The translations under genes and the position numbers were made by a program. From Prorocentrum cordatum (taxonomy: Eukaryota): a DNA stretch of 64,000 bases. The stretch's first letter is position 1. The number at the start of each line of letters is the position of its first letter. This document shows, piece by piece, positions 54,074 through 64,000 of this stretch. The notes beneath the pieces were generated by a model, which was not told where the DNA came from, ran no database searches, and saw only the letters and a program-made list of their open reading frames with translations. The stretch is from positions 620,001-684,000 of the forward strand of contig CAUYUJ010000003.1 of NCBI GenBank assembly GCA_963575745.1. The letters are read 5' to 3'.

Positions 54074-56199
54074 GGGGGCGTAACTGGGGGAACCGCGGGG
54101 CGGATGCCGGGGGAACCGCCCAGGGCGCGTTCCACTGCCCGGCCCCTTTAAGCAAAGAAAGTAAGAACCCTTCTAGGCAGAGCCTAGGAAGGGAATGCAT
54201 TAGATCGCCCCCGAAGCCATAATCTATCGAACGTGAATTACACCGTAATCGTGCCCCCGGGGTCAGAACCCCTTGTCAATTATACAACGTTCGCGTCCCC
54301 GAGGTCATACACCCTTGCACATTGCACTATGTTCGTGCTCCCGAGACCATAGTTCGTTGGAAAATGGAAGAGATGTCGCATCTCACGCGTTCGTAAAGCA
54401 AGCAACATTAGCATCCCCGAAACCAGGACCCCTCGTAACTTCTTAGCTCTTCGCGTCACCGAAATCATAAAACCCATATGCAATATGTGCGCTCTCGAGG
54501 CCACAATCCGTCAAAAAAGCCTCCAAGCCGCCCAAGAGTGCTCCAAGACGCCCAAGATGGTTCCAAGACGGACTGAAAGGCGCTCCAAGAGGCCCCCAAG
54601 AGCGCTCCAAGAGCCGAAGCTGATTCAGGGCGGCGTCCAGGCCTCACGATATAGCTCTTGCATACATACCTCACGATCCGAAAGAAGGGGCCGGCGACAG
54701 GGGGCGAAGCCCTTGCGGACATATTTCACCGAATCGCCTACTCCACATAGCTTGCATCACAGAGATTGAACCACGGAAATTGTAGCACATTGCTTCTACC
54801 CACTAGCTTCAACCACAGACAACAACTTGCAACGCATTGGTTGCACCACACGGCCTCCACCCCGAGGGTTGCAGCACCTCGTTTCCGAGCGCAGCTTGCA
54901 CGTTTGGAGTGCACAAACTAACTTTGTGAGTCCACGATGGCAAGCACCTTCTTATGTTCAAAAGTACATATACATATGTGTGGCTATGCGTGGGCGTTCT
55001 GTCGTATATGTACCAGTTATAACTTGCGTATACCAAAGAGTATATGCATATATACATGTAGTATGCTTGCCGACATCAGCCCCGCACGATAAGCGATTGC
55101 ACTGTGTTGTGAGAGTGCGGTGCGTGAGCCCCACACCATTAGCCATGTGGTGCAAGCTCGTCGGTGCAATCCATGCGGTGTAAGCTATGTGGTGGGAGTG
55201 AGCGGTGTCAACTAAGTGGTGCAAGCTAAGTGGTGCAAGTTGTGTGGTGTAAGTTATGCGGCTTCATGCTCTGTGGTGCAAGCTATGCGGTGCAGTGGGG
55301 GGAAGAAGGGAGGAAAACATCGACGAAGACGACGAGAGACACCCCGACACGACGCGGAAAAGCGAGTCACACATTACGGCAAAATGTCGCCGCGCCGTTT
55401 GCCCTCGACGCGCGTGACGCGCCCAAGTGGACGACGCCGACACCACGACAGACCCACGACAAGCTCTGCGCCCGCGCCCACATGGACGCGGCCGGCACGG
55501 CGGAAAACCCACGGCAAACCCACCGCGCCTGAAGCGGCGTTTGCCCTGGTGGCCGAGGCGCCCTCCCCAAGATGGAAGGCCGCGCGTCGGAGCACACGGC
55601 GCGGCGACAGATCAAGGCGAATGACAAAAGGTTGGGGTCTTCATCATCGCGACTCAAAGAATGAAATCCCGCGTCAATGCTCCAGCCGGGTGTCTGGGCA
55701 GCTCCACAGAAGGCACCAACGACAAAATGGTCAGAAACGATACATACACTGCCGAGGTGGCCCTAAAAGTATCCCCGTTCAGCTGGGCAAAACGAAACAC
55801 AGAAAGATGAAGGGAAGGAGATAACAGACCCCAGAAGGCAAGGGTAAACGGACTAATGCGTGGTAATCCCCGATGGTCCGACCGACCACAAATACAATCA
55901 TGCCTCACACCATGATGCAGAGAGGAGGGTATCGCAATACACAACACAGCTCGAATCATGCGCTGCTTAAAAAGATATGTCATCCCACCAGCCCTTTGGC
56001 CGTAGGTGGTCTAACGAGTTATTTCTTTCCTCTTCCCAAACCATCTGCCTTTCGGGGGAGGGTACCCTCCAGTCCTCCCCCTCGCCCATTTGTCCCAGCC
56101 ATCCTGTGGTGTTTGGTCTTCGTTTTGAAGAGACGGTGCCCCGTGTCCCCCTCTCCTCTCCTCCCTCCTCCCATCACCCCCCTCACTTTGGCACACCCC

Positions 56200-56545
56200 T
56201 CACACGTTTCGTGGGCCTATTGGGGGCTCTACCGAAGGCCCCAGCAGCTGCGTTCACATGCCGCCACCCCTCCACGTTTCACATGTTTCGTGGCCGCATG
56301 AAGGGGGCTCCACGAAAGGCCCCAGCGGCTGCGTTTACATGCAGCTACCCCTCTTCTACGGCGCACCCCTCACACGTTCCGTGGCCACATAGGGAGCTCC
56401 ACCGACGACTCCACTGGCATGGTTCGCATGCGTTTCCCCCACCTAGTACAGCGCTTCGTGGCCCCATAAGGGGGGACCGCCGAAGGCCCCAGCGGCGGTG
56501 TTCGTATGCGTTCCCCCCTGCCAACTCGGCGTTTCGTGGCCCCCG
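56200..56545. repeat. Diverged ~75-90-bp tandem repeat
   Basis: ttcgtggcc..at.ggg.gctc.acc.aaggccccag units at about 56207, 56286, 56377, 56455 and 56532. Confidence 0.8.
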
Positions 56546-59097
56546 CCTGGCGCAAACGTCCAGAACAGCGCGGAGCTAGAAGATGAGGAAGAGAAACAAT
56601 CCTTTGCCCAGATATGCAGATTTCCACTGGGAAAGGGCACATATGTCCCTCTGCCCTTGGTCGAGGGGGTAGTGAAGGTAGCGAAATAAGGTGAAAGGTG
56701 TCTCAAGGGAAATACCCCTCGAACAAATACCCCAGCATGGGCCCCCCTACCACACATGCCGCACGGAACAATGTTGGCAAGGCCAAAAAAGCAAAGGACG
56801 TCCTGCAGCATCGCCTCACAGGTGCCATAGAGGAGCATGTCCAGCCACTCGCAAAGCAAGAAAGGGAGTAGGACAGAGAGAAGAAACGGGAACGGCTCCA
56901 ACGCAGAAACTTGTGTTGCTGGGGATCCGCGCATGTAAGCCCATGACATGAACACACAGAAAACATAACAGTATGCATGCTCCGACCTTCTGACACATAT
57001 CAAATAAACACTGCGATGCCTAATGCTTGACGCCTGCGGACAACAATACGTGGGTCAATGTACATGGCCAGTTCTTTCAAGCAGCAACACATGAGCACAC
57101 AATTGGAACCAACGCGTTCCGACACTGTATAACAAGACCAAGCAACAACCTCCCTGGCAAGAACACCAGCCTGTTGGGCCAGGTCCGCCTAGCCCATTCA
57201 AACATCCGGACAAAACAACCCCGAGGTCGGCCTATGAGCAGACCAAACACAAGGAACACATGGTGCGACGATTTACATGCGCACAGGAGACATCACGGTA
57301 GCAGAATCGTGCGAGCACCAGAAGTACCTGCGCTCAGCCATAGCACGTCGTCAGAGCGTGCCGTCCCGTAAAAGACATAGGCACAGCGCGACAAGAAAAC
57401 CTGCTCGTATGGCACAAGCAAATCGAGTCTCGCGAATTTCAATGCTGAGAAGATTCGTAGTTGCTTCTCGCGTTTGGAAAAACTCTGAGACTTGTTGTGT
57501 AGTGAGGATGCGTGCGGATCCAGATAACTTGCTGCCTCGCCAATGAGCTATGAAGATCGTCAGGAAACACTGCGACCCACCTCTCGAACTTCGACTAAGT
57601 ATGTTTAGCACCAGCTGCACGGTGGCAGATACAACGTTCAGGATGCGAACGGCGAGCAACTTCGTTGAGTCACGTTGTCCTGTTACCTCTGTCTGTGGCT
57701 CAATCATGCGCCCCTCAACCCAATCAGGACGAGAAATGTTTGGACATGTTGGGCGGGTCCTCTCAATCATCTAATGATGCTGAACAGCCTCTGGTGGCAA
57801 GAACGCGTTGAGCATACTGAACTAACCGTGCGTGGATGACCAGGGACGTTGCGCGGACACCGACATTTACAAGCACGCGCGCAAGAGCAACACACCCGCA
57901 CACACACATACGCGAAGTGATAGCACATTTCTCTCCCGAAACCAAGAGTGGCCCGCCTTCGTGCCTTCGTGGCCGGCATCCCAGGCCGCCAAAGGCTCCA
58001 AAAGCGCGTACAAAAAACTTAACTGCGGGCATAGGCGCAACAGTTGCTGGCAAAGCGCGCAACTGAGAGAGGCAGGTGCTTCCCCGTCGGGCGTTGACCC
58101 AGACTTGCACGGGAGCTGAATGCATAACGTCGAGGTCCTCTTGCATTATCTACGCCGCGCTGGTAGCACGAGACGACGCGCAACCCTTCCCTGTGAAGCT
58201 TGATTGCGCCCAGAGTGCCGTAACTACGTCGCAGATGTTGGGTTCTGTCGCGAGGCCCGAGCCGAGAGGCGCCCGGGGCGCGGCCTCTTGCTCCCACGAG
58301 CTGGCGGCGCGCATCCCCCCGCTCTCCTCTGCGCGTGGCCGACGCTCTCACGAGGGCCGCCCGCGCAGCGGGCATCGAGGTGAGGCGCTTCTGTCCCCCC
58401 TTGGCGCTAGGAGGGCGGCTCGCGGCTCGCGGCGCGGGCGCCTGCTGAGTTGGATGGCCTATGCAGGCGTGCGCGCATGACTGCCGAAGGTTCGGCGACT
58501 CCAGATCCCAGCGCACTTCTTTAATAGGAAGAGTTCTGGAGCGAAGAGTGCGGGCGCACAAGGCGCACAAAAGGTCTTGTACCGAGCAGCGCTTGGTCAG
58601 CCATAGTCCGAGCCCAAGAGCAAACATAAGAGCCCCGCACAAGGCGCACAAGGCCCCCTGCACAAGGCCTCCGCACAAGACTCGCGCGAGTACTCTGTCT
58701 TGGGGGTACTGTGACCTCCCCTGTCGCCACTGGAGGGTTGCCAGCTGGATTATGGTTTCTGTCGCCAAGCGCCGCATGTCTTGCAACACTACATGTTCTG
58801 TAGCAGCATGGCCCTGTAATTGGCAGCACGTTTGCGTCAAACCGAACGGCTCGTTGCAGGCAACATTGCAAGTCGTGCAACATTAAGCGCTGGTGAGAAC
58901 AACTTGCAGCTTGTGACAAGTTGCAGCTCTGCTGGCCCTCGGAAGTGGCAGCTTGCGGCCTCTGGCAATAGCAACTTGCGGCTTGTGGCAAGTTGTACAG
59001 CGGTGGCCCTTGTGGCCCTTTCCAACTCCCTCTCGTCGTTCTCACAAAAATGACATGCTCACGATCATTGTTCATCTCCGGCTTCGCTTTCTAGCGC

Positions 59098-60408
59098 TCA
59101 CGCGTCGAAGAACAGCTCTTCGAGGTTGCGGGTGCCGAAGCTCGGGAGGCTCTGGGCGGAGTGGACTGTGAACGCCGTCGAGAGCGAGGCCGCGGACTCG
59201 TAGGATCTCTTGCGGAACAACTGCTGGGGCTGCTGGTCGCGGACGTGCCGGTTGCCTTCCTCGTCGCCGGATTCCTCCTGCGCCTCGTCGACCAAGTTCG
59301 AGTCGGAGAATGACCGGGAGCCCTGCAGGCCGCGCCAGAAGCCCTGCCGCTGCAGCCGCTGCAGCAGCTCGTCCAGGCTGCGGTCCACGGTGCACTTGGC
59401 CGCCTGGGCCTCGAAATGCCGCGTCGTCATGCGGGCGCGGTGGATCACTGGCACCAGGGAGGGCTCCCTGCTCGTGGCGGCCGGCGTGGCCGGCCTTGGC
59501 TGCAGGAAGGGGTGCGACAGGGCCTCCGCCACGGACGGCCGGCCGCTCGCCCTGCGCGCCAGGAGGCTGCCGACGAAGCCCGCGGCGGCCGCCGACGGGC
59601 CCCCCACCTCTGAGTTCCTCCGCTGGTACAGCGGACGGGGGTAGCCGGTGCTGATGACCGCCATCATCTCGCAAGTACTCAGAATGGCAGGCTGGTACGG
59701 GAAGTCCCCGTACAGCAGGACGTACGCCGTCGCCCCGAGCGACCACATGTCTGTGCTCAGGGAGTGACCCTCGTTGCGCACCATCTCCGGCGACATGTAA
59801 GGCGCCGTGCCATAGCACCCGTAGAGGAGCCGCCCGCTCCAGGGCAGCTGGGCGGCGAAGCCGAAGTCGCAGAGCTTCACGGTGCCTCCGGTCGCAAACA
59901 GGTAGTTGTCGCTCTTGATATCGCGGTGCACGATCCGTAGACTGTGTAGGTGCTGCACGGCGAGTGCCATCTCCAGGAAGACGCGGGCGATCTCGCACTC
60001 GCCCATGTATTGCATGTGGGTGAGCCTGTGCACGAGGGCCGCCTCGCAGCATTCCATGACCATGTATACCAGCCTGTAGTCCGCATAGACCTCGTAGAGT
60101 TCGACACAGTGTGGATGCCTTCCAATCCGCGCCCAGATGCGCACCTCGTCTTGGATCTGCCTCCTCGCCTTTTGCTGGTAGCTCTCCAGGCACAGGGGGA
60201 TGATCTTCACCGCGGTGCGCCGGTGGTTGCCGCTGCGGGCGGCCAGCACCTGTCCCCAGGAGCCCCTCCCGAGGGTCTGGCCGAGGCTGTACCTCTGGTG
60301 GAAGTCCCCGGCCGTGCCCCAGCGCCAGGGGGGCAGCCTGCCCCGGCGGGGCTGGTGGCCGCAGGCCGCGCGCGGGGTGGCCTCCAGCGCCGGGCGGAAG
60401 CACCCCAT
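59098..60408 (-). CDS. Ser/Thr protein kinase, CAMK/CDPK-related without EF hands (436 aa, intronless, N-terminal MGC)
   Basis: GRGSWGQV (Gly loop), AVK, E in helix C, HPHCV, HRDIKSDNYL, LCDFG, GTAPYMSPE, DMWSLG, R..ALSHPFL. The first ATG after the SL relic gives MGCFR, a potential myristoylation/palmitoylation signal. Confidence 0.93.
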   Translation of the reverse strand: MGCFRPALEATPRAACGHQPRRGRLPPWRWGTAGDFHQRYSLGQTLGRGSWGQVLAARSGNHRRTAVKIIPLCLESYQQKARRQIQDEVRIWARIGRHPHCVELYEVYADYRLVYMVMECCEAALVHRLTHMQYMGECEIARVFLEMALAVQHLHSLRIVHRDIKSDNYLFATGGTVKLCDFGFAAQLPWSGRLLYGCYGTAPYMSPEMVRNEGHSLSTDMWSLGATAYVLLYGDFPYQPAILSTCEMMAVISTGYPRPLYQRRNSEVGGPSAAAAGFVGSLLARRASGRPSVAEALSHPFLQPRPATPAATSREPSLVPVIHRARMTTRHFEAQAAKCTVDRSLDELLQRLQRQGFWRGLQGSRSFSDSNLVDEAQEESGDEEGNRHVRDQQPQQLFRKRSYESAASLSTAFTVHSAQSLPSFGTRNLEELFFDA

Positions 60409-60484
60409 GTGTGTCTGGCGGGCGCGGCGACCCCCGCGTGGCGCGTGCGCGCCGCGGGCACCCTCCGCTGAGCACAGGGCCACT

Positions 60485-60506
60485 CGTGAGCCAAAATGGC
60501 TACGGA
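60485..60506 (-). other. Genomic relic of the dinoflagellate spliced leader (DinoSL)
   Basis: The - strand reads TCCGTAGCCATTTTGGCTCACG against canonical DCCGTAGCCATTTTGGCTCAAG (21/22), 76 nt upstream of the kinase ATG and on the same strand. Confidence 0.95.
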
Positions 60507-61303
60507 ACTATGTCGCAGGTGCCTGGTCGTTAGTGACACCTTGTGTTCGGAGTATTCTGGATGTGTTCTGTGCACCCACTGGATGCTCCAACATGGCCTT
60601 AATACCTTCGAAGGGTCGCTCACACGCCCCTTCCAGATGTCTCCCTGACGCCCCCAAAGCATCCTCCAGAGGGCGCCCAACGGCCTCCAATAAGTCTTCC
60701 AGAAGCCTTCAAGAAGCTCTCGTCCTGCGAAGTTCCCAACCGTGTTACACATAATTAGCACTCCAGTGGCCTTCTGGGACCATGGCTGGAAATGCGGCGT
60801 GACTATTTCAATCGCTGCACGCCTCCTTGTTCGCACGTGCCATAGGCACACCATCACGGCAGACCAGACCAGCACGCTCAGAACATGTGAACATGTTAAG
60901 ATCAACGACCTTGAATTCCACCAGGCACTTTTGGACCTGGACAAGACGCTGCTCGTGGAGCGAAAGCGAAGTGGAGAGGCAGGCGCGCGGGTGCGCCTTT
61001 TGCACCGTGCCGCCCCTACCGCGCACCATGGCGCCGCGACGGCACGTGCGCTGCACCGAGGTGTTTCTGGCCCTCAAGGTGCCTGCAGCTTCTAGCACTA
61101 GTTCGAAGCCCTTGGAGCTGTCTTCGACTACACGCAAGAGCGACCCTGGGTAAGAGTAACCTTTGTTGCGCGGCTTTCATCACGTTCGGCGATCGGGGCT
61201 CCATTGGGCCCGCACCACAGGTCACTCCGGCGACAGGTTAATCTTACGCCTAGTCGAGTTCTCTGGGCCTCTTGAGGGGCGCTCTCTCGGAACTCGAATG
61301 TTC

Positions 61304-62095
61304 GAGGATGTCGCAGGCGAAACGGGCCAGACTACCCTTCGCGCGGCAGATCGGGACCCAGAATTAGGAGGATGTCTCAGGCGAAACGAGCCAGACCAAC
61401 TCGCGCGTAGCATCTCAGGTGAATGTGCTGAATCACTTCTCGCGCGGCAGCTCGGAGCACCGAGTTGCGAGGATGTTTCAGGCGAAACGGGCCGTACACC
61501 TCTCGCGCGGCAGCTCTGAGTCCCGACAGCTCTGAGTCCCGAGTTGCGTGGATGTTTCAGGCGAAACAGACCAGACCACCTCGCGCGCGGCATCTCGGAG
61601 CCCCGAGTTGCGAGGTTGTCTCAGGCGAAACGGGCCGGACCACCTCTCGCGCGGCAGCTCTGAGCCCCGAATTGCGAGGATGCCAGGATGCCTCAGGCGA
61701 AACAGGCTGGACCACCTCGCGCGGGCCATCTCGGAGCCCCGAGTGGCGAGGATGCCTCAAGCGAAGCGGGCAGGACCACCTCTCGCACGGCATATTTGAG
61801 CCCTGAGTTACGAGGATGTCTCGGGCGAAACGGGCTGGACCTCCTCGCGCGGGGCATCTCGGAGCCCCGAGTGGAGAGGATGTCTCAAGCGAAACGGGCA
61901 GGACCAACTCTCGCGCGGCATATTTGAGCTCTGAGTTGCGAGGATGTCTTAGGCGACACGGGCTGCACCACCTGGCGAGCGGCATTTCGGAGCCCCGAAT
62001 TGCGATGATGTCTCAGGCGAAACAGGCCGGACCACCTCTCGCGCGACATCTCGGAGCTTAGAAATTTGGTGGTGCCTCAAGCGAAACGGGCCGGC
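61304..62095. repeat. 64-bp minisatellite, about 12 diverged units
   Basis: gaggatgtctcaggcgaaacgggccggaccacctctcgcgcggcatctcggagccccgagttgc-type units, e.g. at about 61748, 61812, 61876 and 61940. Confidence 0.93.
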
Positions 62096-62977
62096 CGCGC
62101 CGATCTCTTGGATCTGCGCTTGACCCCCTCCCTGGCGCGCGGAGCGCACCACGGGCGGCGCCGGAGGCGCCAAGCGCAGATCCAAGAAATCCGCGCGGAC
62201 CGTCGAAAGGTCATATTTATCCAGGGTTTCTTCTTCGAGAAAAACTTGGGCCACATCGGCCCATGACACCCCTGGCAACACCCGACAAGCGGCTGTGAGC
62301 TCGCCAGCCGGCCAGGAAGGGCCGCTGCCCGCAGACTCTGCGGGCGAGCCCCCCGTCGCCTGTTCAAAGAGGGGGCCCTAAAGATGAGAACCTCAACCCA
62401 TGGAGTTTCAACCTGTGATGGGGTAACCCAAACCAGCATAAACACAAACTTTTGAGGGGTCTGCGCGGATTTCTGAAATCCATGTTGGACCCCCTCCCTG
62501 GCACGCAGAGCGGCGGCGTCGGAGGCGCCGCTGTGGGCAGAGATCCGCGCAGGCCGTCGAGAGTTTACGTTGCGGGTTCTGGAGACCCTGAACCCAAAAA
62601 TGTGGTCATCTCTTGGGAGGGAGACTTTTGCTTCCGCCGGCTTCCGCCGGCATTTCGCCGGCGGAGGCGGCCTAGTCTTACTTCCGCCGCCTTCCGCCGC
62701 CCGTCCGCCGAGACGAGATGGCAACTCCGTCGATCCTCGAAGGCAAGGCCCTGTTTGGAACGCCCCATGAATCTGATGCAGCTTTTACTTCTTTGAGATC
62801 CGCTTCCTGTCCTCAGGGGCCAATCCCTCAGCCCTCAGGGCCCCGTCCGCGAGCCGCTGGCCCACCACGCCTTGGCAGCCTGCGCAACTGCTCCGCTGCG
62901 CGGGCAGCGCCTTCTGCCAGCGGCAGCTCGCGCTCACGCCTCCTCAACACAGCTCTCCTTGTGCAAACCGAGCGGTA

Positions 62978-63326
62978 CCGATACCGTTACTCCCCGTTCG
63001 GAGGCAACTACTGGGAGGTCTTCGTCGGAAAAATTAGGAAGGATTGCGCCCCTCTGGGGGGGCCGCTACGCTGGATTGGGCCGCGGATCAAGCGGGATTT
63101 CGCGGGATTGAGCCGGATTGCGTGGGATCAAGGTGGGTTAAGCCGGATTCAAATGGATTTCGGACCAGGGCAAACTCAGAATTTGACCTCCCAGAGCTGC
63201 ATCCGAATCCACGAACTTCTCCCGGGGTGCGTTCTAACAATGAGTTCGAGGCGAATCGCGCCGTGGCGACGAGGGTCTCCAAGGAGGCCCGGAAAGGCAA
63301 AGCCCAGGGAAGAGTAGCGGTATCGG
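62978..63326. mobile_element. MITE-like element, TA|CCGATACCGTTACTC ... GAGTAGCGGTATCGG|TA
   Basis: 14/15 terminal inverted repeat flanked by TA at 62976-62977 and 63327-63328, with a non-coding interior of ggatt/aatcc motifs. Confidence 0.6.
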
Positions 63327-64000
63327 TACCTCATTCTCCTCTGACTCCTCGACCAGCGGCGCGGAGACCTCTGGGGACTTCGGCGGCGCCCGTACCAGCT
63401 CATACGGCGCGCGCTGGCGCACCGCGCGCGCCGCGACGCGCAGGTGCGCGGCGCGTCGCGGCGCGGTCAACATTCACACTCAATATTTTCGGTGCCCGTC
63501 CAGTGCAGCAGCCTAACGAAACCAAAGCGGAGTTGGTCCAGTCGGATCTACACAGGTGGTTCAAGGTTGCCACTATATTCTTCTACCATGTCCCAATATT
63601 ACTATTTCTATATTGTTATCATGACGATTCGCATTCTTATCATTGGTAACCAAAAGTAGACTACAACTGTGAGTATGATTGATATTGTCTTCATTGCTGC
63701 TAAAGACTAGTGCGTACTATGATTTTTACCATTAGAACGAATATGGCTGCTATCACAATGCTACTACGACCACTGCTATCATGTATTACGTCTCCTCCCG
63801 CTCCTACTGCTCCTGCGTGTGACGGTACCCCCCGATCCCAAACAACTCGAGCTCCTGTGGGACAGGCCGAGCGGGCAGGATGAGAACACCTGATTTGGAG
63901 GATATGTGGAGCATCGCAGGCCTCTGGATCGAAAGGGGGCTGGGTGTGGGAGGATCGCAGGGGGGACAGAGAGAGCTGCGAGCGGCCCTGCCCGCGCGCT

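Noticed and set aside
56950..58220. Complex, lower-GC stretch that might be a decayed DNA transposase
   Set aside because: No frame gives a recognisable catalytic motif with correct spacing. It needs a translated HMM search.
60485..60506. SL RNA gene
   Set aside because: The 22-mer is followed by a GC-rich 5' UTR and an ORF rather than a GT donor and short SL intron, so it is interpreted as a retroposed relic.
61304..62095. Regularly spaced 64-bp units resembling a CRISPR array
   Set aside because: The whole unit is repeated and diverged, with no unique spacers, no cas genes and a eukaryotic context. It is a minisatellite.

Overview
This is repeat-dominated, gene-poor eukaryotic DNA, almost certainly from a dinoflagellate nuclear genome. 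A 21/22 match to the dinoflagellate spliced leader (DinoSL, DCCGTAGCCATTTTGGCTCAAG) is genomically encoded on the - strand at 60485-60506, and the rhomboid genes are of the alveolate ROM1 type. The high GC and repeat content suggest a Prorocentrum-like genome, but that is only an inference. There are three intact, apparently intronless genes, all on the - strand: two tandem ROM1-like rhomboid proteases (47440-48306 and 49969-50835) and a CAMK/CDPK-related Ser/Thr kinase (59098-60408) directly behind the SL relic, i.e. a probable recycled-mRNA retrogene. Mobile DNA comprises a 5'-truncated RTE-like LINE whose RT region carries a single nonsense codon (about 7504-9659, +), a decayed near-full-length LINE with RanBP2-type zinc finger, APE, RT, zinc finger and RNase H (about 37300-43240, -), several TA-flanked MITE-like elements and foldback hairpins. 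Much of the rest is (TAG)n, (CAT)n, (GGA)n, pentamer and heptamer microsatellites, plus 64-bp and ~160-bp minisatellites. Most ORFs in the supplied track are artefacts of these repeats or of high GC. The most notable observations are the SL-bearing kinase retrogene and the rhomboid pair, whose gene-plus-UTR blocks are nearly identical while the homologous spacers are strongly diverged. All alignments were done by eye and no database searches were run.
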